A stretch of DNA of 64,000 nucleotides, taken from NCBI GenBank assembly GCA_002269645.1, contig NIVC01002096.1, positions 20,684 to 84,683 of the forward strand. Reading direction: 5' to 3'. Within the stretch, counting starts at the first letter, position 1. The number at the start of each line of letters is the position of its first letter. The DNA is from Macrostomum lignano (taxonomy: Eukaryota). The position numbers and the translations under genes are program-made. The notes under the pieces were generated by a model that had not been told where the DNA came from, did not search any database, and worked only from the letters and a program-made list of their open reading frames with translations. Positions 1 through 14,115 of this stretch are shown here, in pieces.

Positions 1-72
1 AGAGACAGGGGCGCCCATCAAGAGACAGGGGCGCCCACCAAGAGACAGGGAAATCCACCAAGAGACAGGGGC
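1..72 (+). repeat. 20-bp minisatellite (CAAGAGACAGGGGCGCCCAC), truncated by window edge
   Basis: About 3.5 copies at the window start; same unit as the array at 53560-54142. Confidence 0.9.
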
Positions 73-146
73 CACTATCTCCATACAGTGTGACTGGGAG
101 TGCCACTATCTCTCATACAGTGTGACTGGGAGTGCCACTATCACCT
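72..146 (+). repeat. short tandem repeat of about 31-33 bp (GCCACTATCTCCATACAGTGTGACTGGGAGT)
   Basis: About 2.3 copies read directly. Confidence 0.75.
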
Positions 147-731
147 TAGAGCCTATATTCATATCGCGCGGCTCGCAGTTTTACAGTTCCAAAACCTGAC
201 CTTCCTAAATTTCTAACGTCCCAAAATATCCCCAAGAATATTTGGGGCAGTGGTTTCGAAAAGCAGAAAAGCTTTAAAAAACAATTTATGGTTCCAATAA
301 TAACAAAAGCGGCCATTCGGTGCGCAAAAATAACACAAGTATAAAGGACAGAAAGTCCAATCTTTTCCTTCTAATCTTCATCTTTACCTGACCGGAGGTC
401 ACTGCTTGAACGGTCCTTAATAGCCTTAGTGGTCCATGACTCACTGCCGGGCGGTCCGTTTGCAATTCGATCCCCAAGTCAGAATGGAAGCTCGCCAAAC
501 TTTATGACAGAGAAGTTGCAACTTTAGGTTTCTTTTGGTTAGGAAAGCAAAATATTGAAAATACGTGCAGTCGTGTGTCGTGGTTATAAGCCTGACGCTT
601 CTGACAACTCGCCCCACCTACTGACTCCCTTCAGGTGTGGCTTTTAAGCATCCCTGACACGTTATTTTACGATTCTTCTGTGACCTTCTGTTCCCTCATT
701 TTAGCGTTTCTGTCACATCGATAACCTAATT

Positions 732-1092
732 TTATTGTCCCTGACACCTTAATTTTATTGTCCCTGACACCTCAATTTTATTGTCCCTGATACCTCAATT
801 TTATTGCCCCTGACACCTCAGTTTTATTGTCCCTGATACCTCAATTTTATTGCCCCTGACACCTCAGTTTTATTGTCCCTGGCACCTTAATTTTATTGTC
901 CCTGACACCTTAATTTTATTGTCCCTGACACCTCAATTTTATTGCCCCTGACACCTGAGTTTTATTGTTCCTGACACCTTAATTTTATTGTCCCTGACAC
1001 CTCAGTTTTATTGTCCCTGACACCTCAATTTTATTGCCCCTGACACCTCAATTCTATTGTCCCTGACACCTCAATTTCATTGCCCCTGACAC
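732..1092 (+). repeat. 23-bp minisatellite (TTATTGTCCCTGACACCTCAATT)
   Basis: Period measured 732 to 755; about 15 copies. Confidence 0.95.
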
Positions 1093-1938
1093 ATATTTTT
1101 GCACCCACTGGCACTTTATAAAGTGAAAGCGAGTCCCAACTCAATGGCGGTCATAAAAAAGTCAAAATCTTCGGGTGCCAGAGAACAAAAAGCCCTAATA
1201 ACTTCCTTCTATATTTAGGAATCTGCCCTAACACTCTGGCTGTCCACACAGAAAAAACAAACTATAGGCTTGGCCCTGCCCATCTGTCTCCAAGCCCACT
1301 TTCATAGTGTCAGCAGTTCATCTGCCTCGCTCAATTTACATGTCAATCATTCTAAATCTTTTTTTCTAGTCTCTTCTCTCTCTCTCCCTTTCCCTCTCTC
1401 TTTCTCTTCTCCCTGTCAGTCAGTAATGTGGCTTAACCACCCACCGCACTGCCTGCAGGTTCTAAGCCCTCTCAATTAAAGCTGTCTTTCCGTCTCTGTC
1501 TTCTGTCGCTCTCCCCCTTAGATCCCTGCCTTGCTGCTTTTAATTCAATCATATAATGTGACTGTACAGTTTGAAGCGCTCCGTACATTGATGCAATTTC
1601 TTCTCTTGAGCGGCTTGAGTACTTCGTGTCGCTCTGATAGTGTCTAATGCCTCTGTACACTGAGTCACTTTCACTTATCCTGCCTGTCGTACCTGGCTAA
1701 CCTGTCTTTATAATCGATTTCACTATCAGGGCCTGACGGTTTTGTACTATTGTATCGATTATTAATACGAATAAATGATCCCTTTGTTTTCACACCTGTG
1801 GGGGAAGACAATTTACACTGAGGTTGTGGGTGTCGCCATGGATTTTATGAATTTCTGACAATATCTGGGGACAAAACTAACTATTCTGAGCGAAAAATGC
1901 CTGTATCAGTTTTAGAATCAGTGTTGTTAGTACTTCTA

Positions 1939-2437
1939 CTCATTTTGGCACTGCAGGCACTCATTTTGGCACTGCAGGCACTCATTTTGGCACTGCAGGC
2001 ACTCATTTTGGCACTGCAGGCACTCATTTTGGCACTGCAGGCACTCATTTTGGCACTGCAGGCACTCATTTTGGCACTGCAGGCACTCATTTTGGCACTG
2101 CAGGCACTCATTTTGGCACTGCAGGCACTCATTTTGGCACTGCAGGCACTCATTTTGGCACTGCAGGCACTCATTTTGGCACTGCAGGCACTCATTTTGG
2201 CACTGCAGGCACTCATTTTGGCACTGCAGGCACTCATTTTGGCACTGCAGGCACTCATTTTGGCACTGCAGGCACTCATTTTGGCACTGCAGGCACTCAT
2301 TTTGGCACTGCAGGCACTCATTTTGGCACTGCAGGCACTCATTTTGGCGCCGCAGGAACTCATTTTGGCACCGCAGGCACTCGTTTTAGCGCCACAGACA
2401 CTCATTTTGGCGCCGCGGGCACTCGTTTTAGCGCCGT
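1939..2437 (+). repeat. 21-bp minisatellite (CTCATTTTGGCACTGCAGGCA)
   Basis: Near-perfect copies degrading at the right end; explains the CSAKMSA and LILALQA ORFs. Confidence 0.97.
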
Positions 2438-3704
2438 GATGCATTTTTTTATTTATGTAACGGGTCCCCCAGGTAGCGACGCCTAGTTATATATATTTTA
2501 GACTACCAGTTCACTGTTTAATGATTATAAGTTGTATTAGCAATATCCCCTACGTAGATTACTATATTTATATCTAATAGTTTGTGAAAGGGATTAAAAT
2601 TCGTATTTAGATTAACTGAGACCCTAGCAGGATATTGCTTGTCTCAAGCCTCGAAAAAGCTTTTCAAGATTGCGATTATGCTTTTTTGTTTAAAAAAACG
2701 GCGAAGAAAAGTTGAATCCTAGGGGTTGCATGGGGATAATTTTCCCTATAGTCTCGCCCTCTTTTCCACTCCTCGATACTGCTAGAGCTTAGAAGCAGAG
2801 AATAACAAAATCCCCCTGTCATAGCCGCCTTCACACAGAGAGGGCTGCTGGCTACACACGCAGAAAGCTTTGACACATATGCTGACACACAACTTGTGTA
2901 AACTTATGGGTCGTCATTCTGCACTGCGCTATAGGGGGGTAAAATGTTTCCTCAGTTGTAGACTGGCATAGTTTCCTATATATCTATGTATCTAACCTTT
3001 TCACTTCTAGCGGAAGAGAGGAGAAGAAATTCCGGGGACAAAAGCTGACTGTTGCTGCTGCTTCTGAAATATCCCGCGCGGTCCTTAAGACAGCGCACGA
3101 GGGTTAAAAAAAGACATTTTCGTGTGTGCTGTGTGTACACACGAACTGATGGCTTATGGGGGTCATTATTTCTACATTACGTACACACCAATATAAGCTG
3201 TTGGTTTAGCTTAAGTCCACAAATATGAGTGGACAAAAGCCACTCATATAGTGTCAGACTGCAACTGTTGCAGTCACTTATTCTGTGTTTATACGAGGAA
3301 CCTGCCTGGACAATTTATCATCAGCAATTAACGGTTCCATGTCCATCTCCCACAGACACGCACTCTCTCTCTCTTAGTCAGCATATCCTAGTAACTATTA
3401 ATTAATTATTCTATCCTTCATATCCTCTTTGGGAGTTGGACAAAGATAAATAAATAATATATATATTAATAGCCACGGGTTCAATATTATCAAGTGAAGG
3501 ACTTCGTGAGAAAATAAGAAGCTTGAATATAGATTTGTTAAACTGATAGTTGTGCAGATTTTTAGGTCGTATAAACAGTAAGAGGAATGGCACTTGAAAT
3601 TTCTTAATAGAATAACAAATCCCGTGACGAATTCCGACTTTTTCAACTGCCAGGGTCCATGGAGGGACAGTCGTGCAGAGATTTGTAACATTCATGATTC
3701 TGAT

Positions 3705-4656
3705 AAGACATCCCAAGAAGACAGACATTGTGATACTAATAAGACACCAAAGAAAGACATATTGTGGAACTAATAAGACACTAAATGAAGACATATTGTG
3801 GCACAAATACGACACTAAAGAAGACATCCCATATACTAAAAATGAAAATCTTGCTTGCTTGTATGTTTGTGCGCAATCGATTTTAGCAATTGTGATACTA
3901 ATAAGACTCTAAAGAAGACATTGTGATACTAATAAGACTCTAAAGAAGACATTGTGATACTAATAAGACACTAAAGGAAGACATATTGTGGTGCTAATAA
4001 GACACCAAAGAAAGACATATTGTGGTACTAATAAGACACCAAAGAAAGACATATTGTGGTACTAATAAGACACCAAAGAAAGACATATTGTGGTACTAAT
4101 AAGACACCAAAGAAAGACATATTGTGGTACTAATAAGACACCAAAGAAAGACATATTGTGGTGCTAATAAGACACCAAAGAAAGACATATTGTGGTACTA
4201 ATAAGACACCAAAGAAAGACATATTGTGGTACTAATACGACACCAAAGAAAGACATATTGTGGTGCTAATAAGACATCAAAGAAAGACATATTGTGGTAC
4301 TAATAAGACACTAAAGGAAGACATATTGTGGTGCTAATAAGACATCAAAGAAAGACATATTGTGGTACTAATAAGACACTAAAGGAAGACATATTGTGGT
4401 GCTAATAAGACACCAAAGAAAGACATATTGTGGTACTAACAAAACACCAAAGAAAGACATATTGTGGTACTAATAAGACACTAAAGGAAGACATATTGTG
4501 GTGCTAATAAGACACTAAAGGAAGACATATTGTGGTGCTAATAAGACACCAAAGAAAGACATATTGTGGTACTAACAAAACACCAAAGAAAGACATATTG
4601 TGGTACTAATAAGACACCAAAGAAAGACATATTGTGGTACTAATAAGACACTAAAG
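3705..4656 (+). repeat. 34-bp minisatellite (TGTGGTACTAATAAGACACCAAAGAAAGACATAT)
   Basis: Period measured 4021 to 4055; degenerate copies on the left side. Confidence 0.95.
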
Positions 4657-7368
4657 AACGCAGACATGATACCTTGAAAGATACAGTCGGTAAAATCACA
4701 ACTAGGCACGCCCATGGCTACATGCGTAGAAACTGGAACGCCAACCAATATACCCAGCCCACTCATCTATCTGTTCAGGATGGATCTGCAGAGCCATGGC
4801 TAAGCCCCAAATCTGCAATAGCAATTAGTCGTCCAGCAAGCAGGTTGGCTCCGAAGTCCAGCTAGCATGAGTCACTTTTCAGCTAATAAAAGTAAGTGTC
4901 GATTTTTTCCATTAGCTTCTTCCCTTCTGCTTGCTTACGATATACTGCTGCAACTCTTTTCTGTCTGCATTGTTCGACTGTAGACGTATCCAACTGGATG
5001 AATGTGCGATATAGTCCACGCTGTGCTAATGAGTCAGTTGCTATGGAATTATCAATCTATCAAGGAGCAATTGCATGGACTGTTTGTCTTTTCCTCACTT
5101 TTTTTCTCTAACCTTTATGTACATAACACTGGCCTGTTCACACGCGCTCCTTCGAATAAACTTTTTCTTGACCACATCATGGAGCTGAGATCCGCAGCTT
5201 TCATTTGAATCAAGTTAAAATTGAAACGGACTGAAATTATGTCCGCTAGAAGACATCGTAGCAAGGGTTCCGGAACTTTTGACGGACAGTATATATACGC
5301 TCCTTTCCTTACCAGCCCATTTCTAGGAAAAATCGAATCCAGCGTCCTTCTACTTTAGTTGCGCACGCGTGCGAAGCTTGGAAAATCTGTGGCCATCAAA
5401 AAGCTCATAATTTCGAGTAATTAGACAAATGTCACATCCGCGCTTACTTGATTCCCCTATGATATTGCCAGTAATAGAGTGATTACGCAATATTAAAGAC
5501 ACAGTCCATGAACCAATTTTGATGCTAAAAGCCTCAATTTAGATGATTTTGATCATGGAATTCAAACCTATTGAATAGAGAAGAAATCTTTCTTTAAGAT
5601 CTTATTTTAGACAGACAAGCATTATTATGGACTGTGTTGGATCCTACTTGCGCCAGACAAATTAAAATCCTAGATTAGAAGACATATTTTAATTTGGAAA
5701 TTTGAGAAGCAATCGACAAAAAATGTGATTTTTCAAGTTTGGCAGTCCTTCTACTTACTTTCTAAACTTTGGCTCAAGCCTTATAATAGGACAAATTGGA
5801 TTCTAGGATCCCAAGGAGAGCTGCGAACGAGTGAAGCGGGAGAACCCACTCAATACTTGAAACTTGGCAGTTTAGTGACTCAACACTTGAGCAAATTGGA
5901 TGAGCCACAGCCCATTGCTCCCGAGGCCTTAGAGAATATTCAATGAAGGAATTTGCCTGAGAGTAAAGGAGACTTGGGGTGAGTCAGATTGTGGGGCAGA
6001 GTGGGGGAGACTGAGACTGAGAGGACAGGAATAGGTAAACCAATAAGTGATATAATATTGATGAAAAGAACTTTAATTGAATTCAGCGCGCAGAACCATG
6101 TAAGCAATGAGATTATTCGATCCAGTGAGCTATATTGATTTCTTGTGCGTGCACTTCAAATCAATACTGATTCCGATCAAAGGACAAGTCAAGTTTAAAA
6201 GTCATGGTACAAATTGGAATTGGCAGTTACACAGCAGCAGCGCACAAGCTTTTCTTTCGCAAGAAGAAAGACAAATGAAAATGTTAATTGAAGTCAGTAG
6301 AATCTTCCTATGCTCCTTTCAGCAGCATTGCAGAAATGAAGGCCCCGTAAACACTGTTAAACCTTTTAGCTACCGGGCGATGTCCATGCTTATATGGCAT
6401 GTAAACAAATGAGTGAATAATGGCGAACCAACGCAGAGGCCTGAGGTCACAACAGACCTGATGGACCAACTTTAATGGAGAAAGCTTGTGCAGCGCACAT
6501 TTCTGGGTAATTAGATCCTCAGCAGGTTTCCCCATTCCCATATGGGGAATGGGACTTTTTTCCCTCAAGCAGAGAGGCCAAACAGCCCACGTTGATTTCT
6601 TAGAAGAAGCAACTATGTAAGAGAGCATTGCCAAGAGGAAGGTACAACTGCTGCGTGTACTGCTGCGGACTGTCAATAAATCAATGCCCCCCCCCAATAA
6701 TCGAAAATCCAATTTAGACAAGTGCTAGGAAATTTTTTTAATTTACTTCCTTCTTCTCTCCTAACGCCGGAGCTGGGAAGGAATTACCGCTGTAAAACTC
6801 TTCCAACTTTCCCTGCTCTCCTTACTGCTTCTCAACTCGAGCTCTTATTATTAAAATGAGAGTGAAGCTTCACAGTCACAATGTCCACTTACTCAAGCAC
6901 CTCCACGTGCTTCAATACTGTTGCCGCTGTTTCCTCTCGCATCCGAGCTGTCTAAGCAGCCATGAAGAAATTATATTTATTAAATGAAAAATTGGGGAGT
7001 CTAGCAACTAAACTGTCTATACTCTCACCGGGCTGAGCGTGCTCATGGGGCATTGTTTTCTGTGCATGCATTGCTGGGGCAGTGGCTTGCATTATATATT
7101 TTATATAGATAGAGGGTGAGCTGCATGTGGAAAGCTGACCCCACTTCTGTTGGAGGGTCTGGGGGGGGTCTCGCTTAGCCTCTGCGGCTGCTGCTCTCGG
7201 CGGGACTTGGGGCTGCTTGGGGGAGAAAGTTGAGATTCTGTTGAAGAGTTTTAGCCCGCCTTCGTGTTGCGATACGGCAATACTGTGTGTTAAAGAGTGA
7301 GATCGCTGACTCAGCGCATTGAATGTCAGTAGACTTGTCAACTGCCAGGCAAAGTTGAAATTGTCTCG

Positions 7369-7790
<422 letters not shown>

Positions 7791-8320
7791 CATAATGCTA
7801 TTTTCACAAATTAACTAGGCTACTTCTCCCTGTGTCCCACAACCTTCCTTTCCCTTTCTCTACTCTACACTTCCAACTCCCCTATTCCACATGGCATTGT
7901 TATGGTACTAAAAGCTCCCATTGTCATTCACAAGAATACCCCCTGCCTCTCCCCAATGCTCCCACAGGGCAGTCACTCTCGCCCAGTTTCCTATATAGAA
8001 TCGCAACCCCAGCCCAAGCCACAGTTGAGAGCGGAACTCACGCAACCTCCCAGCCCCTGAAGAGGGTCCCAGCCGCTTCTCCCCCCCCCCCCCGTCTCGC
8101 GGGCGTTGCAAAACTTCGCCATTCATTGGCGGATGGCAATGCCGGAACAGACCCGCAGACCCGATGATTCTACAGGAAGTGGACGACCTGCGAGCACAAA
8201 ATCTTTCACTCTCGCTTTATTTCATTCGCCACTGAGTCCTGAAGGTGACACTTCTGCCTAACCAGCTTATACTCTCCGCTGTGTTGAGCGAAAGTTTAAT
8301 ATTAAGATAAAACCCAGTTC

Positions 8321-9246
8321 GAACTGAAGGTACCTGAGTAGGTTAGAGATGTCAGAACTGAAGGTACCTGAGTATGTTAGAGATGTCAGAACTGAAGGTA
8401 CCTAAGTAGGTTAGAGATGTCAGAACTGAAGGTACCTGAGTATGTTAGAGATGTCAAAACTGAAGGTACCTGAGTAGGTTAGAGATGTCAGAACTGAAGG
8501 TACCTGAGTATGTTAGAGATGTCAGAACTGAAGGTACCTGAGTAGGTTAGAGATGTCAGAACTGAAGGTACCTGAGTATGTTAGAGATGTCAGAACTGAA
8601 GGTACCTAAGTAGGTTAGAGATGTCAGAACTGAAGGTACCTGAGTATGTTAGAGATGTCAGAACTGAAGGTATCTGAGTATGTTAGAGATGTCAGAACTG
8701 AAGGTATCTGAGTAGGTTAGAGATGTCAGAACTGAAGGTATCTGAGTATGTTAGAGATGTCAGAACTGAAGGTATCTGAGTATGTTAGAGATGTCAGAAC
8801 TGAAGGTATCTGAGTATGTTAGAGATGTCAGAACTGAAGGTACCTGAGTAGGTTAGAGATGTCAGAACTGAAGGTACCTGAGTATGTTAGAGATGTCAGA
8901 ACTGAAGGTACCTGAGTAGGTTAGAGATGTCAGAACTGAAGGTACCTGAGTATGTTAGAGATGTCAGAACTGAAGGTACCTGAGTATGTTAGAGATGTCA
9001 GAACTGAAGGTACCTGAGTATGTTAGAGATGTCAGAACTGAAGGTACCTGAGTATGTTAGAGATGTCAGAACTGAAGGTACCTGAGTATGTTAGAGATGT
9101 CAGAACTGAAGGTACCTGAGTAGGATAGAGATGTCAGAACTGAAGGTATCTGAGTAGGTTAGATATGTCAGAACTGAAGGTATCTGAGTAGGTTAGATAT
9201 GTCAGAACTGAAGGTATCTAAGTAGGTTAGAGATGTCAGAACTGAA
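8321..9246 (+). repeat. 34-bp minisatellite (GAACTGAAGGTACCTGAGTAGGTTAGAGATGTCA)
   Basis: Period measured 8321 to 8355; about 27 copies. Confidence 0.97.
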
Positions 9247-10089
9247 AAACCTTGCTTTGGATATCTGTCATCTGACTCGTTTCATAAAAAAATGTTATTA
9301 AGACTAAAGTAAAATTTATTGCAATAGAAATAGGAGCCTTTAACTTAAATCTGCAAGGGTTCTTGTTGGGTTAATTTCTTATTCTGTCTGTCTGTCTGCC
9401 TGTCAGTCTGCCTGTCTGTCTGGCAGTGTCTGCGGTTGGTCCCATCCCACTTGATTTGATTAAATATCGTCTTCTTGTAGCAACCCGGCGGGGGTGCCAT
9501 ACACAAGCAGCTTTGGTTGCGTGTTAGAAATTAAATTGAAATGCTCCAAGGCATGCTGGCGACTTATAGGGGAGTTATGATTATGACCCATAATTATGGC
9601 AGGTGCCACACTGTCTATTCTTTCTGAAGGCAACCCCTTAGCAGGCACCTGAGAACTGGTGTGAGAATTCCTTAAGACTTTTTTTACAAGTTCTCTAATA
9701 TTCGAGACTCGAGAATTCGAAAAAGTGACACATCGAGTTCTTGTCGTTATTGAGCAAAGATTAATTAAGTCTTACCTTAATCTCCTTGTTTTTTGTGACT
9801 TCTCTTTTTAAATGGAAAAAGATTCTGATTAACCTGTAGGGATGCTGTGTAGGGGCGTGGCACCTTCGTAATACCAGTTGCTTTATAATAAAAAACTAGG
9901 CTAAGGCTCACGAATACTTTTACTTTGCAAGTCGAGGCTCTTCTCTCTCCCTCTGTAATTCCCTAAGCTCTGTCCTCCCGCGGCCTGGGAATACGTCAGT
10001 CTCAACCACCAAACCCTCTATTTTAGGGATATACGTTCTTGCTCCCTGTGCGTCTCTTCTGTGTCTCCCTCTCTACAAAAAGCTCTGCT

Positions 10090-10140
10090 ATTGGCCTAGA
10101 TTTCACTGCGACCAATCAGAAAACGGAAAGCCTATTATAA
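10090..10140 (+). promoter_or_regulatory. possible promoter: CCAAT boxes plus TATA-like element
   Basis: ATTGG at 10090, GACCAATCAG at 10110-10119 (NF-Y consensus), TATTATAA at 10133-10140. No downstream gene identified, so chance occurrence is possible. Confidence 0.25.
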
Positions 10141-10360
10141 CCCTAACTGATAGGCAAGCGGGGAAAGTGAAATGATGAGTATTGCTAAAAGAAACCTCCT
10201 CAGGTATGACTGAGCGGGGGGTACGGTAGTACGGTGTATTGGGTGTGGATGCCATGCACTGCTGTCTAGCGGAGAGACTTGGGGGTGGGAAACAGAAAGT
10301 GAGTCTTGCTTTTTAATAGAGTGATGCTTTAAAACTAGCAGATGGATTAGGAATTGCTTG

Positions 10361-11599
10361 GATCTATAGCGAGTGATCTATAGCGACAAATCTATAGCGA
10401 CAGATCTATAGCGACAAATCTATAGCGAGTGATCTATAGCGAGTGATCTATAGCGACACATCTATAGCGAGTGATCTATAGCGACAGATCTATAGCGACA
10501 CATCTATAGCGAGTGATCTATAGCGACAGATCTATAGCGACACATCTATAGCGAGTGATCTATAGAGACAGATCTATAGCAAGTGATCCATAGCGACAGA
10601 TCTATAGCAAGTGATCTATAGCGAGTGATCTATAGCGACAGATCTATAGCGACAAATCTATAGCGAGTGATCGATAGCGAGTGATCTATAGCGACACATC
10701 TATAGCGAGTGATCTATAGCGACACATCTATAGCGAGTGATCTATAGAGACAGATCTATAGCAAGTGATCCATAGCGACAGATCTATAGCAAGTGATCTA
10801 TAGCGAGTGATCTATAGCGACAGATCTATAGCAAGTGATCCATAGCGAGTGATCTATAGCAAGTGATCTATAGCGAGTGATCTATAGCGACAGATCTATA
10901 GCGACAAATCTATAGCGAGTGATCGATAGCGAGTGATCTATAGCGACACATCTATAGCGAGTGATCTATAGCGACACATCTATAGCGAGTGATCTATAGA
11001 GACAGATCTATAGCAAGTGATCCATAGCGACAGATCTATAGCAAGTGATCTATAGCGAGTGATCTATAGCGACAGATCTATAGCAAGTGATCTATAGCGA
11101 GTGATCTATAGCGACAGATCTATAGCGACAAATCTATAGCGAGTGATCGATAGCGAGTGATCTATAGCGACACATCTATAGCGAGTGATCTATAGCGACA
11201 CATCTATAGCGAGTGATCTATAGCGACACATCTATAGCGAGTGATCTATAGAGACAGATCTATAGCAAGTGATCCATAGCGACAGATCTATAGCAAGTGA
11301 TCTATAGCGAGTGATCTATAGCGACAGATCTATAGCAAGTGATCTATAGCGAGTGATCTATAGCGACAGATCTATAGCGACAAATCTATAGCGAGTGATC
11401 GATAGCGAGTGATCTATAGCGACACATCTATAGCGAGTGATCTATAGCGACACATCTATAGCGAGTGATCTATAGAGACAGATCTATAGCAAGTGATCCA
11501 TAGCGACAGATCTATAGTAAGTGATCTATAGCGAGTGATCTATAGCGACAGATCTATAGCAAGTGATCCATAGCGAGTGATCTATAGCGAGTGATCTAT
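10361..11599 (+). repeat. 14-bp minisatellite (GATCTATAGCGAGT / GATCTATAGCGACA) with higher-order blocks
   Basis: Alternating variants; rare variants (GATCGATAG, GATCCATAG, TATAGAGACA) recur in the same order. Confidence 0.95.
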
Positions 11600-12019
11600 G
11601 GCTAGTAATTTTATAGATAATTTTATTTATAACTACTGCCTAAACTTTAAATCTTTAAAGTAACACCCAGTTTAACTTGATTATTGACTTCTTAAATTTC
11701 AATGAGAAAGTAGCATAAGTATTTAATTACTTATTAGACAGACAAGAGGAAAAGTGATATGGGATTTCTCTAACTACTGAGCAACATCATGTATCTTATG
11801 TGATATGTCTCATATATACTGTTCTGAGTGTAAAGTTACTATCAGTTTTTTAGACGTCTAGCATTGTTTCAACTGATGACTTCCGAAAATGAGCCGGAAC
11901 TAACCTATCCCATATCCTATCGTATTGATACAGTGCGTCAAATTTCTACTGAACTGATGCGAGCTTTAACAACTGATGCATATCTATAGCTGTATTGTGT
12001 TACAGATTGATGAAAAGCC

Positions 12020-13590
12020 TACTCTGTATGCTTCCCACTCTCTGCTCTCCTCCGCTCTCTACTCTCCCCGCTCTCTACTCTCTCCGCTCTCTACTCTCTC
12101 CTCTGTCTACTCTCTCCTCTGCCTACTCTCTCCTCTGTTTACTCTCCCCGCTCTCTACTCTCTCCACTGTCTACACTCTCCATTGCCTACTCTCTCCTCT
12201 GCCTACTCTCTCCTCTGTTTACTCTCCCCGCTCTCTACTCTCTCCACTGTCTACACTCTCCATTGCCTACTCTCTCCTCTGCCTACTCTCTCCTCTGTTT
12301 ACTCTCCCCGCTTTCTACTCTCTCCACTGCCTACTCTCTCCTCTGCCTACTCTCTCCTCTGCCTACTCTCTCCTCTGCCTACTCTCTCCTCTGCTTACTC
12401 TCTCCTCTGCCTACTCTCTCTTCTGCTTACTCTCTCCTCTGCTTACTCTCTCCTCTGCCTACTCTCTCCTCTGCCTACTCTCTCCTCTGCCTACTCTCTC
12501 CTCTGCCTACTCTCTCCTCTGCCTACTCTCTCCTCTGCCTACTCTCTCCTCTGCTTACTCTCTCCTCTGCTTACTCTCTCCTCTGCCTACTCTCTCCTCT
12601 GCCTACTCTCTCCTCTGCCTACTCTCTCCTCTGCCTACTCTCTCCTCTGCTTACTCTCTCTTCTGCTTACTCTCTCTTCTGCCTACTCTCTCCTCTGTTT
12701 ACTCTCCCCGCTTTCTACTCTCTCCACTGCCTACTCTCTCCTCTGCCTACTCTCTCCTCTGCCTACTCTCTCCTCTGCCTACTCTCTCCTCTGCTTACTC
12801 TCTCCTCTGCCTACTCTCTCTTCTGCTTACTCTCTCCTCTGCCTACTCTCTCCTCTGCCTACTCTCTCCTCTGCTTACTCTCTCCTCTGCCTACTCTCTC
12901 CTCTGCCTACTCTCTCCTCTGCTTACTCTCTCCTCTGCCTACTCTCTCCTCTGCCTACTCTCTCCTCTGCCTACTCTCTCCTCTGCCTACTCTCTCCACT
13001 GCCTACTCTCTCCTCTGCCTACTCTCTCCTCTGCTTACTCTCTCCTCTGCCTACTCTCTCCTCTGCCTACTCTCTCCTCTGCCTACTCTCTCCTCTGCCT
13101 ACTCTCTCCTCTGCCTACTCTCTCCTCTGCTTACTCTCTCTTCTGCTTACTCTCTCCTCTGCCTACTCTCTCCTCTGCTTACTCTCTCTTCTGCTTACTC
13201 TCTCTTCTGCTTACTCTCTCCTCTGCTTACTCTCTCCTCTGCCTACTCTCTCCTCTGCTTACTCTCTCTTCTGCTTACTCTCTCTTCTGCTTACTCTCTC
13301 CTCTGCTTACTCTCTCCTCTGCCTACTCTCTCCTCTGCTTACTCTCTCTTCTGCTTACTCTCTCCTCTGCCTACTCTCTCCTCTGTTTATTCTCCCCGCT
13401 CTCTACTCTCTCCTTTGCCTACTCTCTCCTTTGCCTACTCTCTCCTTTGCCTACTCTCTCCACTGCCTACTCTCTCCGCTGCCTACTCTCTCCTCTGTTT
13501 ATTCTCCCTGCTCTCTACTCTCCCCGCTCTTTATTCTCTTACGCTCTCTACTCTCTTACATCTTCTCCTCTCCCCCGCTCTCTACTCAAA
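12020..13590 (+). repeat. 16-bp pyrimidine-rich minisatellite (CTACTCTCTCCTCTGC)
   Basis: About 1.57 kb; stop-free in all three plus frames, producing the spurious 462-546 aa ORFs. Confidence 0.97.
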
Positions 13591-14115
13591 CTGTCAACGC
13601 TGTCTCATATTTTTAAGTACATTTAGTACTTTCAACTTTCTTCCTTTCTAGTTCTGTACTTTTTAGCCAAACGAGTTCACCAGGACAGAGAATTGCCAAG
13701 AACTGTGTCTCTCTAACTCTAGCAGATGAATCTAAAAATCTAATTTTCAAAAAAATCTAGCCAAAAATATAGGCGGCTAAGGCTGCATCTAAAAAGCAAA
13801 TGCCAGCAGTTGAATTCGCGTCTGCTATTTCTATTTGCTATTTTCTCCGAGCATATGCGCCAAGCTTATCTTTTATGTCTCTATTCCATACTGCTAGGCA
13901 GCCCCCTGGCTTCCCACCCACCCAGCCAATCGATTTCTGATGCTGATGAGGCATCCCAGCTGCTTTCTGGAAGCTGTTCGCGGGTTTAAGCCTTTCGGTC
14001 CCGTCTTCCGCTTCTCTGATCTTTAAAGGCTCGTCCTATGGTGTCTTAAAGCAAGGAGAATCTGGATTGGATATTTTTCTCCTTTTGAAACTAAATTTTT
14101 TAAACTAAAACAAAG

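Noticed and set aside
286-498. LRLLRT segment resembling an ion-channel S4 helix
   Set aside because: Only six residues, no flanking TM segments, weak acceptor.
1881-2444. 187-aa and 180-aa ORFs on opposite strands
   Set aside because: Pure translation of a 21-bp tandem repeat.
6308-6721. 137-aa minus-strand ORF
   Set aside because: No recognisable domain, non-ATG start, and no phase-consistent neighbouring exons found.
11976-13651. Three overlapping ORFs of 462-546 aa, Leu/Ser-rich
   Set aside because: The 16-bp C/T-rich unit has no stop codon in any plus frame; no splice or domain evidence.
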